Shown here in pieces: positions 36,101-45,401 of a stretch of DNA of 64,000 nt. The translations under genes were made by a program, and so were the position numbers. This DNA is from Candidatus Kerfeldbacteria bacterium (GTDB lineage: Bacteria; Patescibacteriota; Patescibacteriia; SBBC01), in NCBI GenBank assembly GCA_043799405.1, contig JAZDNT010000003.1:271461-335460 (forward strand), given 5' to 3'. The notes below the pieces were generated by a model. That model was not told where the DNA came from, ran no database searches, and saw nothing but the letters and a program-made list of their open reading frames with translations. Within the stretch, counting starts at the first letter, position 1; every line of letters starts with the position of its first letter.

Positions 36101-37449
36101 ATCGAGACGTTCATCCCGTACTGACCTGCTGTTACGAGCATGTCGTACGTGCAGTCTGCGGCTGTCCGGGCATTACCCCAGCCGCCGGGCCCTCCTCCGG
36201 GACCTGTCTGCTGCCACGCATTGACCGGAACGTTCGTTGCTGGAAGACCAGCCCTCGTTCGTACGCATCCCTTAATGTGCGCGGTCTTTGCGGTAAGAAC
36301 GAGATCAAGCGTAAGCGCCTGCCCGTCTCCTACGGTCACCGTTGTCGGAGGAAGGTTGTATGCGTTCGACGGCGACCAGAAACGCACATCGTAGGTCCCT
36401 GGAACGAGGTTCACTCTGTACGTACCGTTCGACTGCACCTGTCCGTTCGAACCCATTCCCGAAGAATTCCGTACATCAACGTTACCGGTAGTAATAAGGT
36501 TACCGCTCTTATCCCTGACCGTTCCTGACACAGATGAGCTGGCGATCGTGACGGTAAAGTTCAGTGACCGTGACTCAACGGTAGTATCGTTCGCAAAATC
36601 AACCTGTATAGCGTTCCCGGCGATCCAGTCCGGCGCGGGAGTGCATGGATTTGTGTTCACCAACCACGAACCGCCGGAAAGAGACAACAAGTAGTTGCCG
36701 GCTCCGTCGACGTGCGTGCTTGCGCGTGTTCCAGTATTGAGCTTGTTCGCATCGACACACGCATCAGTTGCGACCGCGCCGTTATTCTTGATTATAGTAC
36801 CGGTGAGGGTCTTTGATGCCACAGCGTAGACGAAGTCAACGACCTGCGGGCTCCCACCGATTGATACTGATTTCGGTTCCGGAGCGACGACGCCACTTAC
36901 ATTATTGAATAACCCTGTTTCAGCAATGTACTCGCCTGCCGAAAGACCGCCGACGGTATAGAAACCGTTCTGATCCGAATCGGAGTGCTTATTCTGGCTC
37001 CAATCAGATGTGTGCACGTTGACCCAGCCCTGCACGGCGCTGCCGTCAGCCTTCTTCAAGTTGCCTTTCATCTGAAGCGCGGTGAGCGTCAGATCGAGCG
37101 TCTGCCACTGGCCGTCGATAACATCGTAGTCCTGTTCAGGGGCCGGACCATAGTCGACGCCGGTCGCGGACTTCGTTGAAACATGGTAGCGGCCGGGCTG
37201 AAGCGAGGTCATGTATGTTCCACCGGGGCCGGTCGTTGGACATTCGCCGCTCGGACCATGGAAACAAACGGTTATGCCTGCTACGCCGACGAGCGACGGG
37301 CTCTTTACAGTTCCGCTAACGTTCGCGCTCGCGCTAACGCGCGATGCCCCGTTCATCATCCAGAAAAAAACAAATGCCCCGACGAAGAGCACGGTTCCAA
37401 CGACAATTCGTGCCGTTGAATGCTTATGAATTCTATTCGCTATATTCAT
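33130..37449 (-). CDS. giant (1439 aa) secreted/cell-surface protein
   Basis: N-terminal signal-anchor. Several ~90-aa beta-sandwich units of carboxypeptidase-regulatory-like type (G.V.d..G.p..ga.V). Central Cys/Lys-rich insert. FG-GAP/VCBS-like segment (DVTKDGNADILL). C-terminal IPT/TIG-like domain (ITSISG...VTVTNPGG). Confidence 0.75.
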   Translation of the reverse strand: MNIANRIHKHSTARIVVGTVLFVGAFVFFWMMNGASRVSASANVSGTVKSPSLVGVAGITVCFHGPSGECPTTGPGGTYMTSLQPGRYHVSTKSATGVDYGPAPEQDYDVIDGQWQTLDLTLTALQMKGNLKKADGSAVQGWVNVHTSDWSQNKHSDSDQNGFYTVGGLSAGEYIAETGLFNNVSGVVAPEPKSVSIGGSPQVVDFVYAVASKTLTGTIIKNNGAVATDACVDANKLNTGTRASTHVDGAGNYLLSLSGGSWLVNTNPCTPAPDWIAGNAIQVDFANDTTVESRSLNFTVTIASSSVSGTVRDKSGNLITTGNVDVRNSSGMGSNGQVQSNGTYRVNLVPGTYDVRFWSPSNAYNLPPTTVTVGDGQALTLDLVLTAKTAHIKGCVRTRAGLPATNVPVNAWQQTGPGGGPGGWGNARTAADCTYDMLVTAGQYGMNVSMEPNSAYVPVGGPQVNVTVPTDSSVVTDINFTVDVADATITGSVTLNGSPLPNMNGCVYARPAGSFNENCSPMDPRNGTFTIRVSSAVSTSYQVGCHTPPNAPYSCGSPVTVNITSGANITQNVELLSNNSTVGGRLFDSSGFPVGAAVCEKLKGAMVFADREGAHYQGQINSDCSYRISLVAGVYNIGAFFPPESGAMNSPPGSPIQVFSGQTVEKNIQFTQADASVTVRLLDQNGNGTQGYVNLDNSDEINQSRQGGPGQGDTGKGADLGFNKKTPCNAKDPAGVLKCCGVSKNKNVCKAFAIPDGPNKCKNAWDCAQYCKKNKKVCEDSFKQNQNSGPQPGQGTFVAGPGGCSSPEECQKYCSDPAHQTECAKQAPPPSAQSTTVRISSKASVKVTAVAGKEDQGGANFDKIIRSGSPTDFQGNARILTLSGHKYKVCAGLPPQSNAMPPKCQFIDLTTAKTANVTLQLRDADATISGKVAFEGVAQDRCFVHAWAEDGNFSGQGCNPDGTYKVNVTCNTKWHIGADSMKDVTFYRSDEVVKVIECGTKTYSQNLDLKKQDFEVPHPVSVNGACSSTLSLGLSNGAKIEVPGGALSSSTDGICSCTASPTIELVATQANQPEGVGYTIECRDENNAVVKKLNTNAVITLPYKIPKNREGTSYESALQAVFYDSTLGAYKNLDTCTKNTENNTFSCPVDHFSVYTIANSSGSSANGALATVTVSRSKTNITSFTVGGKKVTPFAKCKDTVNVVTNAVSGKQYIAAVSSCEGSVKVYDVKGKLLKTIKTGWKGINTVAFSDVTKDGNADILLTSTSGTEVRVIEIAKKYKATNIGVGKRAARLTVAAVDFTSNGIPQVVAATVTNNKAQGFQVYKFNKGKFQQYSTSYAQYLKDSGGSIVLDIPTPQITSISGTVKATATKATIKVKGKNFTSNSGILIGSVGATKITFKSSTELSVVFDATKLGAGKFAVTVTNPGGKVSKSKTLTIK

Positions 37450-37677
37450 ACTTCCCCCTTAATTACGAAACGCACTGGGCTAACGCTGTGCGTTCCCTTG
37501 CGATTAGAGGCTAAAATTGATTATTTTTCTTATATTATGGATACTCATCGGTATTCCAATACATCTAGTATACCACAACAGAGCGGTATGAACAATATGC
37601 GACATTTTCTGTATACTACAGTCTGACAAATCACTAGTCTGTGGAAAAACAATCACAAGTAAATATCATTACGGCAT

Positions 37678-38175
37678 ATGAAACCATCAACGCCAGGACT
37701 CGTCCATCTCCCAAAGCGAAGCGTGCTCACGTACACAGCGCACGGCAACCCGAACGCAGCGCAACCGGTGATCAAAGCGCTCTACGGAACGGCGTATACA
37801 ACGAAATTCAAGGTTATGAAACCGAAAGGGAAAGACATGAAGATCGGATGTCTTTCCGCGTTCTGGCCTGATGCACACAAGAAACCGAAATCACAGTGGA
37901 CCGGCATCTGGGACCTCGAGGTTCCATCGTTCGTGAAACAAAAGGACCTCCTGCAGAAAGACCCGAATATAATCGTAAAGCTCGCGAACCGGAAGGCAGG
38001 ATTGTACGCGCAGATCCTGCACGTCGGTCCGTACTCAAAAGAGAAATCAAACATCACGAAACTGCATGCGTTCGTAAAAGAAGAAAAGCTGAAGCTTATC
38101 GGCCCACACGAAGAAGTATACCTCACCATGCCGGGGCCGAGGGCAAAAACAATAATTCGGTATTCCGTAAAGTGA
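37678..38175 (+). CDS. GyrI-like small-molecule-binding domain protein
   Basis: 165 aa. Two-repeat beta-alpha-beta-beta layout ending HVGPYSK...L..F......L...GP.EEVYL, reminiscent of the GyrI/SbmC/AraC-effector domain. Tentative. Confidence 0.45.
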   Translation: MKPSTPGLVHLPKRSVLTYTAHGNPNAAQPVIKALYGTAYTTKFKVMKPKGKDMKIGCLSAFWPDAHKKPKSQWTGIWDLEVPSFVKQKDLLQKDPNIIVKLANRKAGLYAQILHVGPYSKEKSNITKLHAFVKEEKLKLIGPHEEVYLTMPGPRAKTIIRYSVK

Positions 38176-38327
38176 GGGTGGCCTTTCAAGCGCGACCTGC
38201 TCAAGCGGATCAGTCCGTACTGCACTATGAGACAACTCCAACGCGTTTTTCGAGCGCGTTATATAATCGTTTCCGAATCGTAGCACGGCTCATATCAGCG
38301 TATTGAGATAAACGTATCAATATAACT

Positions 38328-39179
38328 ATGAAGCGATCGCTGCTTCCCCCAATGATCTCATACGCCGAGCATGGTGAGGATGTTATACTGCGTCGCGCCT
38401 TTCCCGGCCCTACGGGATTCTACGTCGATGTCGGCGCAGGATTTCCAACGGTAACGTCAGTCACAAAGCACTTTTACGACAAAGGCTGGTTCGGTATCAA
38501 CATCGAGCCGTATGAGGCGATGTTCGAAACGCTCGAACGCGCGCGTTTACGAGACGTGAACCTCGACTGCGCTGTCGGCTCGAAAGCGGGGAAGGCTGTA
38601 ATGAGCTTCTTTTCAGACTCGTTCGGCCTTTCGACGCTGGATCCATCAGTTACGAAACGGCACCGTGCAGCCGGTTTGAGGGTCGGGCGAACCACAGTCG
38701 ACGTGCGGACGCTCAACGACATCCTCGAAAAGCACGCGCCGGACCAGCCTATTGATTTCATCAAAATCGACGTTGAGGGACGCGAGAAAGACGTCCTGCG
38801 TTCGTTCGATCTTAAACGATGGAGCCCGAGGGTACTCATCATCGAATCGACCGTTCCGACGTCGCCGAAACCCTCATTTAAAGCATGGGAGGAAATCGTT
38901 ACAGGCGCTGGATACACATGCTCGCTGTTCGACGGATTAAACCGCTACTATGCGAAGGCGGGAAATACAAAACTGCTTCACGCCCTGTCGCTGTCGCCGA
39001 ATCCGTTCGATTCCTTTGTGCCGTTCGGATGGTGGGGCATGATTCCGCAATTTCGCAGAAAGCAATACATCAAGAGGAAAAAAATGGGAGGTAAGGACAT
39101 GCGCGCTTTTGAGCGCTTTGAAGCGCAGTGGCCGCAGATCAGGAAAGAGTTCGAACTGGCATGGGGATATAGCGTTTAA
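38328..39179 (+). CDS. FkbM-family methyltransferase
   Basis: 283 aa. YVDVGAG (SAM motif I), then IDFIKIDVEGREKDVL, characteristic of FkbM-type methyltransferases. Confidence 0.65.
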   Translation: MKRSLLPPMISYAEHGEDVILRRAFPGPTGFYVDVGAGFPTVTSVTKHFYDKGWFGINIEPYEAMFETLERARLRDVNLDCAVGSKAGKAVMSFFSDSFGLSTLDPSVTKRHRAAGLRVGRTTVDVRTLNDILEKHAPDQPIDFIKIDVEGREKDVLRSFDLKRWSPRVLIIESTVPTSPKPSFKAWEEIVTGAGYTCSLFDGLNRYYAKAGNTKLLHALSLSPNPFDSFVPFGWWGMIPQFRRKQYIKRKKMGGKDMRAFERFEAQWPQIRKEFELAWGYSV

Positions 39180-39280
39180 CCCTCCCGACGCATTATGTGC
39201 GACCCTGAAGATGTACATGCAAATTTCTGAAGTACCACAAGAGCGTTGCGCACATGCACAACGCTGCTGCATATATTCTT

Positions 39281-40519
39281 TTAATAGTCCCGCAACTTCC
39301 GCATTGAGCGGTGCGCCTGGATCTTCTCGAGCGCCTTTGCCTCGATCTGCCGGATGCGTTCGCGGGTGACGCCGAATTCCTGACCGACCTCTTCGAGCGT
39401 ATGCGCGACGCCGTCGTGCAGACCAAACCGCATCTCAAGGATCTTCTGCTCGCGAGGGCTGAGCTCGCGGATGATGTCCTGCACCTGCTCGCGCAGCAAC
39501 TGCATTGCCGCAGCACGGTCCGGTGTCGTCGTCTTTACGTCCTCAATGAAATCACCGAGGACCGAGTCCTCCTCGTCGCTGTCGCCGACGCTCGTTTCCA
39601 AGCTCACGGTGTCCTGGCTGATCTTGATGATCTGCCTGATCTTATCGACATCCTCGCCCATCTCTGCTGCTATCTCCTCGGGGAGCGGTTCGCGGCCGAG
39701 GTCCTGGATGAGCTGTCGCTCGACCTGCTGGAACTTGTTGATCGTCTCGACCATATGAACCGGGATACGTATCGTCCGGCTCTGGTCAGCGAGCGCGCGC
39801 GTGATCGCCTGCCGGATCCACCACGTCGCATACGTCGAGAACTTGTATCCTTTGCGGTAGTCAAACTTCTCGACCGCGCGGAACAGACCGATGTTGCCTT
39901 CCTGGATGAGATCAAGGAGGGACAGCGAGCGCCCGGTAAACTTCTTTGCGATCGATACGACGAGACGGAGGTTCGCTTCAACAAGCTTCTTCTGCGCTTC
40001 GACGTCGCCCCTATCCTTGCGTTTCGCAAGGCTCACCTCTTCCTCGCCGGTGAGCAACGGAACCTTCCCGATCTCGCGGAGATACATCTGGATCGAGTCG
40101 TTCGAGATATCGCCGAGATCGAAGTTCCGCTCCTCGTGGAGCCGCCGCTGTTTCGGCGTTTTCTCCTCTTTTGGCTTCTCGGTCAGTTGTCCGATGTGCT
40201 GATCGAGAATGCTCCCTCCGGATTCGATGACCTTTGCTCCGTCGCGCTCGAATTGATCCAGCAGCCTCTCGTAGACGGGAATGTACTCCTCGAGGTCCGG
40301 AAGCGCGTAGAGAATCTCGGTTTCCGTAACGAAACCGCGGGTCCGAGCTTTCGTCGTTAGCTGCTGGATGGCCGCTTCGGGGACTTCGGCGATCTTCCGC
40401 TGCTTCGATATGACAGCACGGGAACGCGAACCCGCCTTCGCCTTCGATAATCCCCTCCGGGCGAAGCTTTTTTTATTGGCCGTCCTCTTCACCGGCCGCT
40501 TCTTGACCTTCTGTGCCAT
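39281..40519 (-). CDS. rpoD: RNA polymerase sigma-70 factor RpoD
   Basis: 412 aa. Region 2 ([37 protein letters not shown]), region 3 and region 4 ([24 protein letters not shown]). Confidence 0.9.
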   Translation of the reverse strand: MAQKVKKRPVKRTANKKSFARRGLSKAKAGSRSRAVISKQRKIAEVPEAAIQQLTTKARTRGFVTETEILYALPDLEEYIPVYERLLDQFERDGAKVIESGGSILDQHIGQLTEKPKEEKTPKQRRLHEERNFDLGDISNDSIQMYLREIGKVPLLTGEEEVSLAKRKDRGDVEAQKKLVEANLRLVVSIAKKFTGRSLSLLDLIQEGNIGLFRAVEKFDYRKGYKFSTYATWWIRQAITRALADQSRTIRIPVHMVETINKFQQVERQLIQDLGREPLPEEIAAEMGEDVDKIRQIIKISQDTVSLETSVGDSDEEDSVLGDFIEDVKTTTPDRAAAMQLLREQVQDIIRELSPREQKILEMRFGLHDGVAHTLEEVGQEFGVTRERIRQIEAKALEKIQAHRSMRKLRDY

Positions 40520-40573
40520 ATCCTATGAAAATCCCCCGTACGCACGTCGTGTAGTAAAAATGTCGCTCACGAG

Positions 40574-42394
40574 CTACTTATCGAGCGTCCGAAGCTCGTC
40601 GGTAAGCTCATCCATTCTCTTCAGCAGAGGATCAGCATCGCTGCCTGCTGCCTCAACTCGTCTGAGCTCTTCCTCGATTGTCTTAAGCTCCGTAACGATC
40701 TTCAGGCGCCGCAGAAATACAAGGTTCTTTCCGAGTTCGCGGCGTAAAACGACATCGCGATCGCCATCGGCTTCATGGTGCACGATGTGTTCGGAAAGCA
40801 GGATAAGCTGCTCGAACCGAGGTTTCAGCAAGGGAAGCTCTTTCGAAAGGTATTCGCTGAAGCCTTCGATGTCAATAGTATGCGACTGACTATAGTACAA
40901 AAGCGCCTGCCTGTAAAGAGCTCGGAGGTCGTGATCCGGGATCATATCCGGTTCAAGCTGTTCGGATAGCTCGGGAAAGAGCTTGGGCTGCAGGAAAACC
41001 GCAAGAGCAAGCGCCTGTTCCGAGACCAGGGTTGCCCTGTCCTTCTGAACGAGCGGCTGTTCGGCGCTTTCGTCGCCCTTCTCGGCCCGTTTCGGCGCTG
41101 CGCGCTTCTTGAGCGCATCACGGAGCGTTTCCTCATCGACCGAGAGTTTCGCGCTTAAACTCTGAAGGTAGTGGCTCTGCTCAATGGGATCGGGAAGACG
41201 CGCAATAACAGGGAGAAGCTGCTTCGCAATGCGCTTCTTCACGTCGACATCGGAGAGGTCGGCGTTCGCAAGCGCCCGATTGAACGAGTACTCGACGATG
41301 CGCTCCGCTGTTGCTATCGCGTTCCGCCACTTCGCGGGGTCCTGTTGGATGAGCTCGTCGGGATCCTTCGCGCCGGAGAACGAGATCACGGTGACGCGCA
41401 TATCCGCGTTGAGCGCCTGATCGATCCCGCGGCGCGCCGCTTCGCCGCCCGCAAGGTCCGCGTCGAACGCGAGCGCGATGTTGCTGGTGTACCGCTTCAG
41501 AAGCTTAACCTGCTGCACGGTAAGCGCCGTACCGGATACGGCGATGACGTTCTTTACCCCTGCCTGGTGCGACGTGATCAGATCCATGTACCCTTCGACG
41601 AGAACCGCGAGGTCAGCGCTCTTTATGGCCTGTTTCGCTACGTCAAGACCGTAGAGCACCCGGCTCTTCTGGTAGACGAGCGTTTCCGGGGTGTTGATGT
41701 ACTTGGCTCCCGAACTTGGGTCTTCCTTGATCTCCTCGAGCGCCCTACCGCCAAATCCGACGACCATTCCGCTCACATCGCGTATCGGGAACATGAGCCT
41801 ACCGCGGAAACGGTCGTAGTAACCGACGCCCTTCTCCCGCCGGACCGTAAGCCCGGCATCGAACACCTCCTGCTCGCGGAACCCCTTCTTCGTTAAGAAC
41901 GTAAGCGTTGCGTCCCACGTCGTCGGGCTGTAACCGATAAGAAAATCCTCGGCTGTCTCGTCTGAAACCTTCCGCTTCGCGAGGTAGGAACGCGCGATAC
42001 CTGCCCCCTCCGCATCGGTCAGCACCTTACGGTAAAAAGCTGCGGTCAGCTTAAGGATATCGAGGAGGCGCGTCTTCGCGTTGTGCAGCTCGGGGTTGAT
42101 GGGTTTCAGTTCGACGTTCGCCTTCTTCGCGAGCATGCGGAGCGCCTCCGGGAACTCCGCGCTCTCGATCTCCTGCACGAACGTGAACATGTCGCCGCCC
42201 TTGCCACACCCGAAGCAGTGCCACGTCTGCCTGTCCTTCGATACCATAAGGCTCGGCGTCTTCTCGTGGTGGAACGGGCAGAGCACCTTAAAACGGCTCG
42301 GTCCGGAAGGGATGAGCTTCACGTACTCAGAGAGCACCTCGGCAATATCGAGGCGCTCTTTGATCTGTTCGACTGATGTGCTTCCGAGCGGCAT
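40574..42394 (-). CDS. dnaG: DNA primase DnaG
   Basis: 606 aa. Zinc ribbon CPFHHEKTPSLMVS....WHCFGCGKGGD and TOPRIM (LVEGYMDLI...DADLAGGEAA). Classic dnaG-rpoD order. Confidence 0.9.
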   Translation of the reverse strand: MPLGSTSVEQIKERLDIAEVLSEYVKLIPSGPSRFKVLCPFHHEKTPSLMVSKDRQTWHCFGCGKGGDMFTFVQEIESAEFPEALRMLAKKANVELKPINPELHNAKTRLLDILKLTAAFYRKVLTDAEGAGIARSYLAKRKVSDETAEDFLIGYSPTTWDATLTFLTKKGFREQEVFDAGLTVRREKGVGYYDRFRGRLMFPIRDVSGMVVGFGGRALEEIKEDPSSGAKYINTPETLVYQKSRVLYGLDVAKQAIKSADLAVLVEGYMDLITSHQAGVKNVIAVSGTALTVQQVKLLKRYTSNIALAFDADLAGGEAARRGIDQALNADMRVTVISFSGAKDPDELIQQDPAKWRNAIATAERIVEYSFNRALANADLSDVDVKKRIAKQLLPVIARLPDPIEQSHYLQSLSAKLSVDEETLRDALKKRAAPKRAEKGDESAEQPLVQKDRATLVSEQALALAVFLQPKLFPELSEQLEPDMIPDHDLRALYRQALLYYSQSHTIDIEGFSEYLSKELPLLKPRFEQLILLSEHIVHHEADGDRDVVLRRELGKNLVFLRRLKIVTELKTIEEELRRVEAAGSDADPLLKRMDELTDELRTLDK

Positions 42395-42515
42395 AGACGC
42401 TTATACTTGTACCACGATTCGAGCAAATCTCAAAAGTTTCATTTCACAATAACCAGTGTTTGCCATAAACAATTCATCTGATTCAGAAATCGCACCGTTC
42501 AATTCCGGCATCCGG

Positions 42516-43379
42516 TCATCGAGTATATGGCAGAATAACCTCTGCGGTCTTACGGGGCGCATCCGGTCCTTTTTCATGGAGGGTAACCGTTGCGGAAACT
42601 TCATTGTCCTTTCCCAATGTCCCCGATGGGTCGATCTCGAGGATCTGCCCCCTCCGCATGTTCTCTTCCATACCAAACGTTTCCCGCAAGAACACGGCGG
42701 GCAGCTCCTCATGCGTGAGGCTGACGACGCGGATCCGCTTGCCGTACAAGCGGCCCTTTGTTTCGTCGGAGAGCATCCGTTCGATGTTCGTCATGTGACG
42801 GAGATACCGGTGAAAACGGCCGCTGATGCCCCGATAATCTTCTGTAAAGATATCGGTGATCTCCTTTCCAAGCGACGCCGCAATGAGGGCGTGGGCGCGT
42901 TCCGGGGTCATGCGGGTATGGCTCGGATCCTGATGCCGGAACCTTTTATCCGCTTCGATCCACGTCGAACGCATATCCTCCCGATACGATATCTGACGGA
43001 GGTTGTTGGCGATGTACACCTCATCGTTCGGGTTCAGCACCTCGATCCCCGCCTGACGCAACCGCTCTTCGATGAGGAGTTCGGACGACCGCGCGCGGAA
43101 GTTCGGGCTCGAGACCAGAAGGACGACTTCTCGATCCTTGTCTATCGTTCTCACAAGCTGTTCCGCGGTCTCACGGATCTCCGCGATGCCCTTATCATTC
43201 AGGTCGAGGTGCTCAGCATCAGGATGTTCTTTTGCTGCCGCCGGATCAAACTGAAACGACGGATCGCGGAGCTCCTTGTAGTCGGTCGACCCGTGGCGGA
43301 CTATGGTCGTTATCGCCGGCAACGGCTGGCCAGGTTCCCGCTCGACTATATTCGGCCTCGATTCCGTGCGCTCACTCAT
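42516..43379 (-). CDS. histidine phosphatase (phosphoglycerate-mutase-like) family protein
   Basis: 287 aa. RHG motif in TTIVRHGSTDY and a later SSPNFRA-type segment. ATGA overlap with the upstream kinase gene. Confidence 0.55.
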   Translation of the reverse strand: MSERTESRPNIVEREPGQPLPAITTIVRHGSTDYKELRDPSFQFDPAAAKEHPDAEHLDLNDKGIAEIRETAEQLVRTIDKDREVVLLVSSPNFRARSSELLIEERLRQAGIEVLNPNDEVYIANNLRQISYREDMRSTWIEADKRFRHQDPSHTRMTPERAHALIAASLGKEITDIFTEDYRGISGRFHRYLRHMTNIERMLSDETKGRLYGKRIRVVSLTHEELPAVFLRETFGMEENMRRGQILEIDPSGTLGKDNEVSATVTLHEKGPDAPRKTAEVILPYTR

Positions 43380-44335
43380 ACGTTCGCGAGCATACCATCG
43401 AACTCCTCATGCGTAAACGACAAACGCCGTTCGGTCTCGAGGAGGTTTTTAATACCCCATCGGATGTACGACAGCGGAAGACGATGGCGCCCGTGGAGCA
43501 TCATGTCGATGTCGACGAGCACGTGGCTCACTGCCGCGTAATGGACCGCTTTGAACAGAGAACGGCGCTCGAGGGCGCCGAGCGGCCGTACCGCATTATA
43601 CGCCTGTGCGATCGCAAGCGAACCCTCAAGATCAAACCGTCCGCGCCGTGAACAGAACCACATCATCGTATTCGCAAGATCTAAAAGGATCGGTCCCAGG
43701 TAGGCATTGTCAAAGTCAATGATTCCGCGAAGCCGACCGCCGCTGAACAACACATTTTCCGGTTTCACATCAATGTGCATCGCCCCTTGTGGTAATGACG
43801 GTGGTAATCGATAGCGGCGGAATACAGACGCGAGGTAAACAGTTGCACGACGAACCTCAACTTGGGGCGCATGTCGTCCCACGCGAACCATTCTCTGAAA
43901 TCGTGCGGAAGAAATGTTGTAGAACTCAAAGCGATGAACCTTTGAATGGAACTGGCGGCTCTGCAAATGGTATTGCCCGAGAAACCTTCCAACCTGACGG
44001 AACATCGAGCGAGTAAAACGATGGTGCTGCGTACCGGAAAGCAACGGGTACATGAATGCCTTGTGAATGCCGTCAAAATCGAGCAAATACGTTCCATGCC
44101 TCGAGCGGAGCGGTTTCGGCGTTGGGAGATTCTTCAAGAAACACAGTAGATCCACTTCATATCGCACGCGAACGGGATTGTTCCGAACCGCCACCTTCAG
44201 GATGTAATCACCCTTCGTCGTGGTAATTGCGCAGACGGCGTTCGCGAAACCTTTCTTGATCCGGCGATACCAGACGAGCGTACCGACGCGATAGTTCCTC
44301 AGGAATCGTATGACGTTGTTGCGGTCTACTCGCAT
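43376..44335 (-). CDS. APH/ChoK-like phosphotransferase (kinase) 1
   Basis: 319 aa. Catalytic loop HIDVKPENVLF and IDFDNAY metal-binding motif of the aminoglycoside/homoserine-II/choline kinase fold. Confidence 0.6.
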   Translation of the reverse strand: MRVDRNNVIRFLRNYRVGTLVWYRRIKKGFANAVCAITTTKGDYILKVAVRNNPVRVRYEVDLLCFLKNLPTPKPLRSRHGTYLLDFDGIHKAFMYPLLSGTQHHRFTRSMFRQVGRFLGQYHLQSRQFHSKVHRFEFYNISSARFQRMVRVGRHAPQVEVRRATVYLASVFRRYRLPPSLPQGAMHIDVKPENVLFSGGRLRGIIDFDNAYLGPILLDLANTMMWFCSRRGRFDLEGSLAIAQAYNAVRPLGALERRSLFKAVHYAAVSHVLVDIDMMLHGRHRLPLSYIRWGIKNLLETERRLSFTHEEFDGMLANV

Positions 44336-44350
44336 ATCTTACCTGAGGTA

Positions 44351-45319
44351 TCAGAATTTCTTAAAAGATGCATTGTGATACATCTGTATGAAATGGTACG
44401 CCTTCCGTTCGGCAAAGCGCAAACGGCGCAGAAAAACATATGCGTACTTGAACGCGTGTTTCAACAATACAAACCGAATCACGGTCGGCAGCGCGCTGCG
44501 TTCTTCAGGTGCAAGACGTCTCACCAATTCGTACGCTTTCACAAACTCACGCACCTTCCGCACGTCCAGCGACTCCGTGTTGAGACACAACCAGGAGATC
44601 GCATAGCCAATATCAATGACGAACGCATCGACGTATGCGTTGTCAAAATCGATGAAGCTCAAATGACGGCGAGGACCGACGATATTCTCGGACTTCACGT
44701 CGGCATGGATGACGCCGCGGGGAAGCCCCGCCGGAATCCTTATGCCCGCAAGCTCGCGTTCAAGAAACCGAATAAAGGCAGCGCGTCCTTTGAACCGACT
44801 TTTCAGAATGAAGCGCTTCTTTGTTTTCACATACCTCCGAATGACGGCGACTCCCTCTCCCTCGCGTCGGAACGGCAAACGCATGTCCTCTGTCAACAGG
44901 TGCATCCGCGCCAGCAGTTTCGCGATGCGTCGGGAGGAACCCCTCGTAACGTGCTGCATCGTCCGTCCTTCGATATACCTGAAACAACACACGGGATTAC
45001 CGCCGATCGTAACGACAGACCCGACCGGTTCCGGGCACGGGAATCCTTTTCGCCTCAATGCCGTAAGCAGGAACACCTCGCTCTCGACCTCGGAACGAGC
45101 TTTGAACGTATACGAACGCACGATGAACCTCCCGCGGTCCGTCGAGACGACGTAGTTCGCGTTAATGACACCAGTACGGAGATATGTAATCTTCTTACAT
45201 TTCCCCAACCGAAACGAGGCGAGAGCTGTCTCTAGCTGTTTGGTCGTCAGGGTTGCTTTTCGTGCGATCTGTTGCATACGCCGCGTGTCAAGGGTAGTTA
45301 ATCGACGATATGACCGCAT
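44351..45319 (-). CDS. APH/ChoK-like phosphotransferase (kinase) 2, paralog
   Basis: 322 aa. HADVKSENIV and IDFDNAYVD motifs. Similar length and layout to 43376..44335. Confidence 0.6.
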   Translation of the reverse strand: MRSYRRLTTLDTRRMQQIARKATLTTKQLETALASFRLGKCKKITYLRTGVINANYVVSTDRGRFIVRSYTFKARSEVESEVFLLTALRRKGFPCPEPVGSVVTIGGNPVCCFRYIEGRTMQHVTRGSSRRIAKLLARMHLLTEDMRLPFRREGEGVAVIRRYVKTKKRFILKSRFKGRAAFIRFLERELAGIRIPAGLPRGVIHADVKSENIVGPRRHLSFIDFDNAYVDAFVIDIGYAISWLCLNTESLDVRKVREFVKAYELVRRLAPEERSALPTVIRFVLLKHAFKYAYVFLRRLRFAERKAYHFIQMYHNASFKKF

Positions 45320-45401
45320 CTTCTTCTTTTTTATACAGCGTCACAGCTGCTGATGCTAAAATCTCTACCAACCATCAGACCCACTGTATAGATAGTACTG
45401 A

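Noticed and set aside
39242-39265. Hairpin agcgttg..caacgct between convergent FkbM and rpoD genes, considered as a bidirectional terminator.
   Set aside because: It has only a 7-bp stem with a 10-nt loop and no adjacent T-tract on either strand.
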